Shown here: piece by piece, positions 9,780 to 19,148 of the stretch | How positions within the stretch are numbered: position 1 is the stretch's first letter | Layout: every line of letters starts with the position of its first letter | Assembly: GCA_965226495.1 (NCBI GenBank) | Contig: OZ245365.1 | Location: forward strand, 2,624,001 to 2,688,000 | Length of the DNA: 64,000 nucleotides | Direction of reading: 5' to 3' | Origin: Candidatus Marinacidobacterales bacterium | GTDB lineage: Bacteria; Acidobacteriota; Vicinamibacteria; Marinacidobacterales; DATDRI01 | The notes under the pieces: model-generated | What the model was told of the DNA's origin: nothing | Database searches by the model: none | Seen by the model: the letters and a program-made list of their open reading frames with translations, nothing else | Position numbers and translations under genes: made by a program

Positions 9780-10541
9780 GTGACTAGCTTGAAGAAAAGA
9801 CTCGAGGCCAAGCAGTCTGTCATGGGGGCGCTACTCGGCCTGAGATCCCCGGACGCCGCGGAGCTAATGTCAGAGGCTGGGTTCGACTTTCTCTTGGTCG
9901 ATGCCGAGCACTCGAGCATCGGTCCGGATGGCATTTTGGAAATGATCCGGGCCATTGAACGGGGGGGCGCAACTCCTTTGGTGCGAGTGGGAGAAACTAC
10001 CGCCGCCAACGTGCAATGGGCCCTGGACGGCGGAGCAAGGGGAATTCTCTTCCCGCGTGTGCGCTCCGTCGAGGACGTCCAAGAGGCGGTGTCTTTTTGC
10101 CGGTATCCCCCGGACGGTATTCGCGGGCTGGGACCGGGCCGCGCGAGCGGTTATGGAGCGAAGCTCCTAGAATACGCAGCCAATGCGAATGAAGAGATCT
10201 TGGTCATGATTCAGGTGGAAACCCTGGAAGCGGTCGAAAGCATCGAGGACATCGCGGCGGTTCCTGGAGTGGATCTGCTCTTCATCGGTCCGGGAGACCT
10301 CTCACAAGTTCTCGGCATCCCCGGGGAGCTACACCACCCCAAGATCCGGCAGATCGGGAGTCGGGTTCTATCGGCATGCGCGATGGAAAAAATTCCGGCT
10401 GGAATCCTGGCGTTGGACGAGAAAACAATCGCTTACTGGAAGGAACAGGGCGTGCAATTCTTCGCCACCGGCTCCGATGCTCTCCTCCTCGCGATGTCCT
10501 GCCGCGACTCGGTGGACTTGTGGAATAAGCTGAGCAAATAA
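9780..10541 (+). CDS. HpcH/HpaI aldolase family protein
   Basis: GFDFLLVDAEH, ALDGGARG, QVET, FIGPGDL. Confidence 0.9.
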   Translation: MTSLKKRLEAKQSVMGALLGLRSPDAAELMSEAGFDFLLVDAEHSSIGPDGILEMIRAIERGGATPLVRVGETTAANVQWALDGGARGILFPRVRSVEDVQEAVSFCRYPPDGIRGLGPGRASGYGAKLLEYAANANEEILVMIQVETLEAVESIEDIAAVPGVDLLFIGPGDLSQVLGIPGELHHPKIRQIGSRVLSACAMEKIPAGILALDEKTIAYWKEQGVQFFATGSDALLLAMSCRDSVDLWNKLSK

Positions 10542-10542
10542 C

Positions 10543-11490
10543 ATGCAGGCAGTTATCACCGACGGCTTTCGAGAAACATCCATCGAAGAGCAGGTCCTCG
10601 CTCCGGCGGGTATCCGCGTGGTTACGACAGAAGGAAGGCCGGAGGACGAAGCCCTCGAGCTGATCCGAGAAGCCGACGCTCTTTTGACCCTGGCCCGCCC
10701 GCTCTCGAGGGAGCTCATCTCCCAACTCACCCGCTGTCGAGTCATCGTTCGTTACGGTTCGGGGATGGACTCAGTCGACGTGAAAGAAGCGAAGGCGCGT
10801 GGAATCGTCGTGGCCAAGGTCCCGGATGCGTCGGTACAGGAGGTCGCAGCCCACTCGCTGGCCCTGCTGATGCTGTGCGCTCGCAAGCTTTGGGCCTTTC
10901 GACAGCTTCGGGACTTGCCCGTCGGCGATCCCGCCCCGGTAAACCCTCTGCGGCGCATGAACGAAACCGCTCTTGGCCTCGTCGGATTCGGAAGGATCGC
11001 GCAAACCCTAGCTGGCATGTCGGCTGGAATCTTCGGCAGCATCCGCGCCTACGATCCGCTCGTCGACACGTGGGATCCAAAATTGGATGTAGAACGTGCA
11101 GACTCGCTAGAAAACCTTCTCGAAAGTGCGGACTTCGTCTCGCTACACGTACCCCTCGACGAGAAAACCCGGCACTTACTCGGCCGCGCACAGTTGGCTC
11201 GAATGAAGCCCGGTGCGTCTTTGGTCAACACGGCTCGAGGCGGTCTGCTCGATGAGGTGGCGCTCGCGGAAGCCCTGGAGTCGGGGCACCTGGCGGGCGC
11301 CGGGCTCGACGTTTTGGAGGAGGAACCTCCGCCCTCGGACCATCCGTTGCTGGCCCTTCCCCAGGTCTACTACACCCCTCATCTGGCCTGGTACTCCGAA
11401 ACGTCTCGCGTCGAGCTGAGACGTCGGGTCGCCGACGAAGCGCTTAGGGTACTAACTGGTAAGCCGGCCTTGAATCCCGTCGTCGCCTGA
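10543..11490 (+). CDS. D-2-hydroxyacid dehydrogenase, CtBP-like
   Basis: GLVGFGRI, SLHVPL, VNTARG, LDV..EP, TPHLAWYS. Confidence 0.9.
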   Translation: MQAVITDGFRETSIEEQVLAPAGIRVVTTEGRPEDEALELIREADALLTLARPLSRELISQLTRCRVIVRYGSGMDSVDVKEAKARGIVVAKVPDASVQEVAAHSLALLMLCARKLWAFRQLRDLPVGDPAPVNPLRRMNETALGLVGFGRIAQTLAGMSAGIFGSIRAYDPLVDTWDPKLDVERADSLENLLESADFVSLHVPLDEKTRHLLGRAQLARMKPGASLVNTARGGLLDEVALAEALESGHLAGAGLDVLEEEPPPSDHPLLALPQVYYTPHLAWYSETSRVELRRRVADEALRVLTGKPALNPVVA

Positions 11491-11501
11491 GCGGTCGCGA
11501 C

Positions 11502-12662
11502 CTAACCACCCCAGATATTCTCGTAAACGCGAAGCCAGTTTCCTCCGAGGACCTTGTGAATTTCCTCCGTCGACCAGCCTCGTCCGATAAGACCCCGAGT
11601 CACGTTGGGAAGCTCGGTGATGTCCTCGAAACCCTTCACGAATAGCCAAGGGGGCTCTCCCACCATGGTTTTCGGAATGGTGAAGCGATCGATCTCGGCT
11701 TCTACCGTTGGCTCCACTCGCCCGACGACGAAATCCGGACCCAGGCCGACGTGGTCCACGCCCACCAGCTTGCGTACATAGTCGAATTGGTCGAGATGCT
11801 GCTCCAACGTGGCGTGCGGGCTTCGCGGAATGTGAGCATCCTTTCGGTCACGCACGTGATAGTCGCTAATGGCAGATATCCCTATGACGCCTCCGGTTTT
11901 CGCGATGGCCTCCATGAGCCCGTCGTTAATACAGCGAATGTTATTCACGATGGCCGCGACATTGGTGTGGCTCGAGATGACCGGAACCCCCGGTGCCATT
12001 TCTATGGCATCAAAGCTCGTCTTCTCGCTGGCGTGCCCGCCAATGTCCAGGACCAGGCCCAACTTGTGGATCTCTTCCACGAGCCGCCGACCGGCCTGGG
12101 TCAGACCAATTTCCGGATCGAGGACGCCTCCCCCAAAAATGTTGGAAACTTGGTAAGAGATGCCAATGATGCGAATGCCCAGCTGATAGAAGGCTCGAAG
12201 GGCGGTTGGAGGGGGCTCGCCCCTCGCCTCCGCCAACTCATTGGCCGACTGCCAGGCGAAGACCAAAGCGATCTTGTCCTGCCGATCGGCCTGACGTACT
12301 TCGGCTATTTTCGTAACGGGAACCATCTTGTCCGAGTGCGCGTCCAGAAAATTGTAGAGATCGGCGAATAGTTGAACGTCACCCAGACCGCCGGCGCCTA
12401 CGCTCTTGGCCTGACAATTCACCCCTCCCGCCTTCAGCATCTCCAAATATTCCACGCTGAGCTCGGAAGGGTCGCATCCGTTGACCACCACCGTCGAGCG
12501 CTGAACTTCCCACGGATCCCGATCTAGACTCCGGTCTGCCAGGTCCTCCTGGGAAAGTCCTTGCCCTTCTCGCTCGAATGCCGTGGCCCTCCGCGTTGCG
12601 CCCGCCGCCATTGCGGTACCCACCGCCGCGGCCGCACTAAGGAACTCTCTGCGTTTCATCAT
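11502..12662 (-). CDS. Tat-exported membrane dipeptidase (M19-like)
   Basis: KRREFL twin-arginine signal, SSHTN, GVDHVGLGPDF, KVLGGNWLRV. Confidence 0.85.
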   Translation of the reverse strand: MMKRREFLSAAAAVGTAMAAGATRRATAFEREGQGLSQEDLADRSLDRDPWEVQRSTVVVNGCDPSELSVEYLEMLKAGGVNCQAKSVGAGGLGDVQLFADLYNFLDAHSDKMVPVTKIAEVRQADRQDKIALVFAWQSANELAEARGEPPPTALRAFYQLGIRIIGISYQVSNIFGGGVLDPEIGLTQAGRRLVEEIHKLGLVLDIGGHASEKTSFDAIEMAPGVPVISSHTNVAAIVNNIRCINDGLMEAIAKTGGVIGISAISDYHVRDRKDAHIPRSPHATLEQHLDQFDYVRKLVGVDHVGLGPDFVVGRVEPTVEAEIDRFTIPKTMVGEPPWLFVKGFEDITELPNVTRGLIGRGWSTEEIHKVLGGNWLRVYENIWGG

Positions 12663-12671
12663 CCCTCCCCC

Positions 12672-13583
12672 TCATTCCATTCCGGCCATGTTCACACTGT
12701 AGTATACACTGCGCACGAAGCGTTCGATATTCCCTTCCCACGGACCATCGAAGGAGGACGTTGGCTTCGAAGCCACGACTTCATCGACACTCTTTCCGTC
12801 GTTGATCATCGTCTGCACCCTGTCTCGGACCGCGATGAGCATATCCCGGAAGGCCCGTAAATCATCTGGAGTGGCGAGGTCCCCGTGTCCCGGGATGATT
12901 TTGGTTTCGGAGCTCGAGAGCTCGAGCACCCGCTCCGCGGCGTGAATCATGCCGTTCACATTGCCACCGAAGTCGACGTCAATGAACGGATACATACCGT
13001 TGAAGAAATTATCTCCCATATGGAAGACCCCGGCCTTGGCGAAGTAGATGATGGAGTCGCCATCGGTGTGGGCGTGGTGGATGTGAAAGATGCGGATATC
13101 ATCACCGTTCCAATGAAACGTCACCGCGTCGGTAAAAGTGATTCGGGGTAAGGCGTCTGGCGGAGAAGCTGGCGTCTCATCCTGTCGGAGGATTTCGCGA
13201 AACTGGTCCACGCTCATCCGTTGCCGAACGTTCTCGTGGGCGACGATCATGGTCCCGCTCTTTCCAAAGTTCTCGTTTCCACCCGTGTGATCGCCGTGGA
13301 AATGGGTATTTACTAAGAAGCGCACGCCGTCTTCGGTGACGGTGCGGATTGCCGCCTCGATCCGTTCAGTGAGGGGCGCGAATTGATCGTCCACCAGGAA
13401 CGTGCCGTCCGAACCAGTGGAGAGACCGATGTTGCCGCCTCGCCCGGCCAACATGTAGAGACCATCCTTGATGGGGACGACTTCGATCTTGACGTCCGCC
13501 CACTCGTCTTGCGCACGGGAATCGGCGGGAACCGCGAGACTACCTAGAGCCAAAGCAACCAAAATCCATCGCACACCTGTCAT
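12672..13583 (-). CDS. Secreted MBL-fold metallo-hydrolase
   Basis: THFHGDH, AHTDGD, HMGD, IPGHG. Confidence 0.9.
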   Translation of the reverse strand: MTGVRWILVALALGSLAVPADSRAQDEWADVKIEVVPIKDGLYMLAGRGGNIGLSTGSDGTFLVDDQFAPLTERIEAAIRTVTEDGVRFLVNTHFHGDHTGGNENFGKSGTMIVAHENVRQRMSVDQFREILRQDETPASPPDALPRITFTDAVTFHWNGDDIRIFHIHHAHTDGDSIIYFAKAGVFHMGDNFFNGMYPFIDVDFGGNVNGMIHAAERVLELSSSETKIIPGHGDLATPDDLRAFRDMLIAVRDRVQTMINDGKSVDEVVASKPTSSFDGPWEGNIERFVRSVYYSVNMAGME

Positions 13584-13673
13584 TCGAAGCCCTCCATCGC
13601 CAAGACCTTCGGCCGGCTAACCATACCGCGTTGCCCCACTCTTGGCCAACCGCTTTGCGTTAGACTGTCGCCG

Positions 13674-14642
13674 ATGACTCCGCTGCGGCCGGTAGCGCTC
13701 GAAGAAGCCCGGGCGGCCGCCGAACGGCTGAAAACGATCGCCCTGCGCACACCTCTGATTCGTTTGAACGTCCAAGACGCTCCGGCCGAGATCTACCTCA
13801 AGATGGAGAACCTTCAGCCCATCGGGTCCTTCAAGATTCGACCGGCGGGAAACGCGATCTTCAGCCTTTCCCCGTCGCGGCGTGGCGACGGCGTTTACAC
13901 CGCAAGCTCGGGCAATATGGCACAGGGCGTCGCTTATGCGGCCCGAGAGCTCGGCATTCCCGCAACCGTATATCTTCCGCAGGACGCCGCCTCCAACAAA
14001 GTCGAGGCGCTGAAGAGACTCGGCGCTCGCATTCGCTCCTTGCCGAACGACGAATGGTGGCCGATCATCGACAATCACGGTCATCCCGATGAGAAAGGCG
14101 TCTTCGTGCATCCCGTCGCCCAGCAAGATGTGATCGCCGGGGATAGCACGGTAGGCCTAGAGATCGTCGAAGATCTACCGGACGTCGACACGGTGTTGGT
14201 GCCTTTTGGCGGAGGTGGCCTGGCGTCCGGAGTTGCGTCGGTCTTGCGAGAATTGAAGCCTAACGTCCGTGTGCTGGGAGCAGAATCCGATCACAGCACT
14301 CCGTTGTCGGCCTCGCTCGAGACCGGCCGGCCCGTCGAGCAACCTGTCGAGAAGAGCTTCGTTTCGGGAATAGGGATCGGCAGAGTGCTGGAGGAGATGT
14401 GGCCCTTGGTGACCGAGCTGATTCAAGATGCCGTCATTGCGAGTGCGCGGGAAATCGTGGACGCAGTAGCCCTCATGTCCGAACGTCACCGCATCGTCGT
14501 CGAAGGGGCCGGTGCGGCTCCTGTGGCCGCCGCGCTAGCCGGCCGAGCCGGAAGTGGAAAAATCGTCTGCGTTCTGTCCGGCGGCAATCTCGACACGAAG
14601 TATTTGGTCGATATCCTCGAAGGCCGGATTCCCCAACCCTAA
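13674..14642 (+). CDS. PLP-dependent threonine/serine dehydratase-like enzyme
   Basis: KMENLQPIGSFKIR, SSGN, PFGGGGL, SGGN. Confidence 0.9.
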   Translation: MTPLRPVALEEARAAAERLKTIALRTPLIRLNVQDAPAEIYLKMENLQPIGSFKIRPAGNAIFSLSPSRRGDGVYTASSGNMAQGVAYAARELGIPATVYLPQDAASNKVEALKRLGARIRSLPNDEWWPIIDNHGHPDEKGVFVHPVAQQDVIAGDSTVGLEIVEDLPDVDTVLVPFGGGGLASGVASVLRELKPNVRVLGAESDHSTPLSASLETGRPVEQPVEKSFVSGIGIGRVLEEMWPLVTELIQDAVIASAREIVDAVALMSERHRIVVEGAGAAPVAAALAGRAGSGKIVCVLSGGNLDTKYLVDILEGRIPQP

Positions 14643-14745
14643 CGTCAGTACCGGGCTTACTGCGTGGGAACTCGAGGCCGGAGTCCCCCCGGTTGCCCTG
14701 CCGAGGGGACCCATACCGTTTTCGCGTGCCGAATTCGGCGTTCCC

Positions 14746-15204
14746 TTAGGAAGTGGACTCTTCTGCGTGGACCTTAAGCGGAGCTGAGACACGGCCGCGA
14801 AGCAGGGCGTAGCTCGCACCTAAGATGGCACCATAAATGAGGTGGCCGATAAAACTGGGAAGCATCTGCGCTGCCGCGGCGGCATTCCAGTTGACACCTA
14901 GGCCCATTCCCATGAAAAGAGGCATGAAGGTTAATGGCCCCAGCAGCCACCAGGCTCCTCCATAGGCGAGACCACGGCTGAGCCCGCCTGCGACGTTTCG
15001 GATAGATCCATCGAAAAGCACACCAAAGACAGCGCCGATAAAGGCACTGATACCCATGTGCACGATGAACCCAAATCCTGCAGACGGGTGCCCAGCCATC
15101 TTGCCAATCATGGGCAACATTCCCATCAGCCCCATCATGGCTCCGAAGACGGCGCCGCCCGCCAGTCCACCGTAAATTCCTAACTTCATTCCGTTCGTGT
15201 TCAT
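14746..15204 (-). CDS. Met/Gly-rich four-helix membrane protein (DUF1440/DUF6789-like)
   Basis: Four hydrophobic segments, two intramembrane His (IVHMG, IGHLIYG) and an AGGAGG RBS. Confidence 0.7.
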   Translation of the reverse strand: MNTNGMKLGIYGGLAGGAVFGAMMGLMGMLPMIGKMAGHPSAGFGFIVHMGISAFIGAVFGVLFDGSIRNVAGGLSRGLAYGGAWWLLGPLTFMPLFMGMGLGVNWNAAAAAQMLPSFIGHLIYGAILGASYALLRGRVSAPLKVHAEESTS

Positions 15205-15386
15205 CTGAAAACCTCCTTGGCGATTCAGATCCGGTTTAAGGCAGGTTTACCTCCCGGTTTTTGAGATGCGCTCGGCTTTCTTGCTGTAACCTGCTGTCTG
15301 ATTGACCTTCACTTGCGAGTCGCCCAAGCCCGACCTAGGATTGGACTATCACCAGCGATTGACGCGGCATCTCCCTGCCCGTCTAT

Positions 15387-15414
15387 TGAGTGCAGCGAAC
15401 CTTCGATTTCTTAC
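15387..15414 (-). promoter_or_regulatory. Putative ECF promoter GTAAGAA-N14-GCACTCA, copy 1
   Basis: Minus strand reads GTAAGAA ATCGAAGGTTCGCT GCACTCA, pointing at the gene 14746..15204. Confidence 0.75.
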
Positions 15415-15442
15415 ACCCTGGATCGATGAGAGTCGAGTTGTG

Positions 15443-16057
15443 ATGACGACGAAGAACTCCGAGACCAAGGCGTCCCCGACGGATGATGTCGAGTTCGCGG
15501 CGCGAATTCGAAGCCGAGATCGCGAAGCCATCGAGGAAGTGGTACATAGCTACATGGGGCAGATCCTTCGTGCTGCACGGGCATCAGGCCTGAGCCCTCA
15601 GGCTGCCGAGGACGTGACCCAGGCCACGTTCGTGACGTTCATTGAGGTAGCCCCACGCTTTGAGGGAAGGTCCCACGTACGTACCTTTTTGTTCGGCATC
15701 CTATACAAGAAGATCGCTGAGGCTCGTCGCAAAGCGAAACGCGAACAGCAAACAGATCCCATCGAGGACGTCATGGAAAGTCGATTCAAGGCCGATGGAA
15801 GTTGGCAACGTGCCCCGAGAGTTGCCGACCTCCAGCTCCACGACGCAGAAATCCGACAGGCTATCGACGGCTGCCTCGAACGCGCGTCCACTCAGCAGAG
15901 GTTGGCCTTTGCGCTTCGTGAAGTCCTAGGGTTCACAACGGAAGAAATCTGTAACATTCTCGACGTTTCACGCACTAACTTGGGAGTTCTTTTGTACCGT
16001 GCTCGCAACCGCCTTCGGGAGTGTCTGGAGGCGAAGAGCGTGAGGAGGCAGGCATGA
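15443..16057 (+). CDS. ECF RNA polymerase sigma factor
   Basis: AEDVTQATF, FEGRSHVRTFLFGIL, EEIC..L.VS..N.GVLLYRARNRLRECLE. Confidence 0.92.
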   Translation: MTTKNSETKASPTDDVEFAARIRSRDREAIEEVVHSYMGQILRAARASGLSPQAAEDVTQATFVTFIEVAPRFEGRSHVRTFLFGILYKKIAEARRKAKREQQTDPIEDVMESRFKADGSWQRAPRVADLQLHDAEIRQAIDGCLERASTQQRLAFALREVLGFTTEEICNILDVSRTNLGVLLYRARNRLRECLEAKSVRRQA

Positions 16058-16323
16058 TGCTAAATTGCCGTGAGCTGGCACGCATCGTCGCCAGCGACGA
16101 GATCGTCGAGGCCGCGTGGCCCCGAAAGTTGGGGGCACGGGTTCATTTGCTGATGTGTCGGCACTGCCGCCGCTACGCCGCGGAACTTCGCGCCATTGGC
16201 GCGGGGGCCCGGCGGTCGTGGGGCGCGGAAGCCCGAGACCCAGGAAGGCTCGAGCAGCTGGAGAGGAAGATCCTGGGGCGCTTCCCGAAGGGGTCGGCGG
16301 ACTCCAGTGCGTCGGACAATTAA
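16054..16323 (+). CDS. Soluble zinc-finger (ZAS/zf-HC2) anti-sigma factor
   Basis: MLNC...HLLMCRHC (HxxxCxxC) and an ATGA overlap with the sigma stop codon. Confidence 0.88.
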   Translation: MMLNCRELARIVASDEIVEAAWPRKLGARVHLLMCRHCRRYAAELRAIGAGARRSWGAEARDPGRLEQLERKILGRFPKGSADSSASDN

Positions 16324-16460
16324 AGGGCGGGGAATATCCCAACCCTACGATAGTCAACAAGGAGTGCCCCTCCGCGGCGGAACGGCTTCCTGAACTCAGA
16401 ACGAGGAACGAGAGCTGTCGGGGGCGCCAGCTCCGTTCCCCTGCCAGGATGCCCTAAAGC

Positions 16461-16934
16461 TTAGTCGGCAACGACAGACTCCATACGGCCGCGAACGTGG
16501 TAGGTGCTTCCGGGGCTGACAAAAATAGCCATCCGGATAGTGTGATATCCATCAAGCCGAATTTCAATTTCGTGTTTTCCGGCAGGCAGATAGAGTCTCT
16601 GAAAGACACCGTCGAAGTCATCTACGACACCGGCGTGCGCCTCGTCCACATAAACTTCAACCTCATCGCGGGATTCCTTCGGGTCGACTTCGATCCGGAC
16701 GGCTCCTTGGTTGGAGTTACGGTTCGCCCCATAACCATAGGGACCGTAACCACCATAACCGTACGGTCCGTAGCCACCATAACCAAAGCCATGCCCGTAG
16801 TAGCCATGACCGTAGTAGCCATGACCGTAGCCATACCCGTAGTAGTGCTGGGCATCGGCCTTGGCCGGCAGTAATACGGTTGTCGCCGCGGCTATTACCG
16901 CCACTAAAGCCAAAGTCTTCAATGTGTCTAGCAT
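16461..16934 (-). CDS. Secreted PEGA-domain protein with Gly/Tyr low-complexity region
   Basis: GAGGAGG RBS, signal peptide ending ADA, YG repeats, then EVYVD...AGVVDDFDG.FQRL.LPAG.HEIEIRLDGY. Confidence 0.85.
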   Translation of the reverse strand: MLDTLKTLALVAVIAAATTVLLPAKADAQHYYGYGYGHGYYGHGYYGHGFGYGGYGPYGYGGYGPYGYGANRNSNQGAVRIEVDPKESRDEVEVYVDEAHAGVVDDFDGVFQRLYLPAGKHEIEIRLDGYHTIRMAIFVSPGSTYHVRGRMESVVAD

Positions 16935-16983
16935 TAGAGTGTCCTCCTCATAGTGAGTGCGCCTTAGCACCCGCTCCCGATAG

Positions 16984-17011
16984 TGAGTGCGACGGAGGAA
17001 GGAATTCTTAC
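16984..17011 (-). promoter_or_regulatory. Putative ECF promoter, copy 2
   Basis: Minus strand reads GTAAGAA TTCCTTCCTCCGTC GCACTCA, 50 nt upstream of the PEGA start. Confidence 0.75.
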
Positions 17012-17105
17012 GCTCGCGTGGCCGGAGAACGACGGCCTCACCTGTACCAGGGAGGCCAAGGCGCAGGTCTTTGCCCATTAAGGCGTAAAAGAGCCAATTC
17101 AAGGC

Positions 17106-17133
17106 GTAAGAAATCGTCGCCTTCTTGCACTCA
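17106..17133 (+). promoter_or_regulatory. Putative ECF promoter, copy 3
   Basis: Plus strand reads GTAAGAA ATCGTCGCCTTCTT GCACTCA. Confidence 0.75.
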
Positions 17134-17196
17134 CTATCGAGCGAAGGAAGAGAATGTCCCAAAGCCGAGAAGCCGGCTTTCTATGGAGGTCTTGAG

Positions 17197-17346
17197 ATGA
17201 TCACGAGAGATATTAACGGCAGGAAAAGGCCCGAAGGTTGGGTCGAGCGCAGACGCCGCATTCGGAAAACGTTCGACAAGACAGAGCACGAAGCCGCAAC
17301 TGAAGGGGGCGAAGCGAGAGAATTGCACTCCAACCAGGAGGCCTAA
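17197..17346 (+). CDS. Putative 49-aa small protein
   Basis: GGAGGT RBS at 17185-17190, a promoter motif upstream and a terminator-like hairpin at the stop. Confidence 0.45.
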   Translation: MITRDINGRKRPEGWVERRRRIRKTFDKTEHEAATEGGEARELHSNQEA

Positions 17347-17371
17347 GGCCTGGGCAGCAAGGCCTTTTGTT
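17345..17371 (+). terminator. Putative intrinsic terminator
   Basis: AAGGCCT-gggcagca-AGGCCTT followed by TTGTT. Confidence 0.5.
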
Positions 17372-17742
17372 CGTGAGGATGGCAGAAAACAAAGGCATTG
17401 TTAAGTCTTTCACTGACAGCGGCCCGTTGTGAGGGTAGAGTACAAGTGGAGGTATTCGCGGGAAGGGAGGCCCGTGGCCCCGAATACAGGAGCTAGACCA
17501 AGTGATGAAACAGACGGCGCGAGAGGTACAAACCCACGAGACGACTAAGCGGGTTCATTGTTCGGAGATCTGGGGCGGCATTCGGAACTTCGATAACGAC
17601 GTCGCTACCAGGCCGGTAACGACGAGTCTATTTTCGAGTTCCTCTAGCGGAAGAAAAGGCGGAGATATCTACTATTTCAGCGTCTGCGACAACGACGCAA
17701 TCGCTCGGATCGCACTCGCCGACGTGTCGGGCCATGGAGATG

Positions 17743-19148
17743 GGTCAAGTCTTAATTTTCCTGTCAAATCTCCGTACGGTTCCCCGCGCTCGGTTAAGCT
17801 GCTGATTCCTTCGACGTGCCTTGCGGGAGAAGCTCGTTGCGAAGCTCCTCGACTTTCCTAGCGGCGAAGACATCCATCCTCACGCCGCGCCATTTGTTTG
17901 CGACGGCCAAGAGCACAGCGAACGAGAGTTTCATCGCGGCCTCACTCGGTGAAGAAGTGAGGAATGACCTTTGTGCGACGTTTGTGCTCTCCGAACGTGC
18001 GCTCAAGTAGATTCGACGTGCGAAGCCTTTTGTGATGCGCCGCAGGAAGGCGTAGCGCCTGAAGACACGCTTCGAGGGTCTCTTCCATGCACTTCATCGC
18101 GCTCGGGAATCGTTGACGGTACCGAGCGATCACCTCCCGACCCTTCTTCAGCCCTTGCTCGTAGCTGTTCGCATGGAACGACTCAAGGATGGCCGCCTTG
18201 AGTTCGTCGCGCACTTCCTTCGGAGCCTTGCCCAGGATGTTCTCGAGGCGGTGCTTCTGGCAACGTTGCTTGAGGCTTCGAGGGAAGACCTCTGCGATCG
18301 CTTTGAGCACTCCAGGATTCCCGTCCGTCACGATGAGCAACGGCTCCCTCATTCCTCGGGCCACCATCTCCTGCAAGAACCCCTTCCAGTTCTCGTAGGA
18401 TTCTCGGTTGCCGACACCGATATGAAGAAGAACTCGCGTCCCATCAGCGCGATAGCCGGTCGCAACGAGGATGGGCTCTTTCCTCTCCGCTCCTTGGTGG
18501 TAGCGCAGGTACGTGCCGTCGAGCTCGAGATACAACAGCTTCTCGTTCGAGACAGACGATCCCGTTTTCGAAACGCCTCGAAATCCTCCGACAGACACCG
18601 TGTGACCCGGCTCACCACCGACTTCGAGACACCCGTGCCGCTCAGCACGTCCGCGAACGTCGCCTCAATGTCACGCGTCGACATCCCGTGGACGTACATC
18701 CGCGCGATCAGTTCATCGAGTTTCTCGGTCCGGCTCACGTAGGCGTCGAGAATCTTTGACTGAAACACCTTCTCTGTTTCTCGTACCTGCGGCACTTGCA
18801 CCGTTACCGCTCCCTCGCCCGTGAGGACCCGATGCGACTCATACCCGTTGCGTCGTCCCTTCTCCTTCGTCGTTGCCGGAGCGTTCTCATAGTAGTTTCG
18901 ACCCAACGCCTCCGTCACCTCGCGCTCCAACGCATATTGAAGCATCATCTGAGCTCCCGACCGGACGATCTCCGAGAGATTCATCTCCCCAAATACCAGT
19001 TGTTCCTCGAACTGCTTGAGCAATCGCTGACTCGGTAGTACCTTTCCCATGATGTATGGTTCTCCTTTTCTGTCCCCATGACCGGGACGGGTTTGAGCTT
19101 GGGGAACCATACATCGTTTTTCTTTGACAGGAATCTTAAGACATCACC
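17743..19148 (-). mobile_element. IS256-family insertion sequence, 1406 bp
   Basis: 26-bp imperfect inverted repeats GGTCAAGTCTTAATTTTCCTGTCAAA / GGTGATGTCTTAAGATTCCTGTCAAA. 8-bp TSD TGGAGATG at 17735-17742 and 19149-19156. Confidence 0.95.
17793..19050 (-). pseudogene. IS256 (Mutator-type) transposase, frameshifted
   Basis: RNGY, MYVHGMSTRDI, YLELDG, VTDGNPG, QRCQKH, RTSNLLER, split over three frames. Confidence 0.88.

Noticed and set aside
16950-17140. T7-like promoter or mini-CRISPR from CACTCACTAT repeats
   Set aside because: Lacks TAATACGA, the repeats are only 11-12 nt and in mixed orientation, and they are better explained as ECF -10 elements.
17793-19050. Programmed frameshifting in the IS256 transposase
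   Set aside because: IS256 transposases are single ORFs and the indels differ between copies, so error or decay is more likely.
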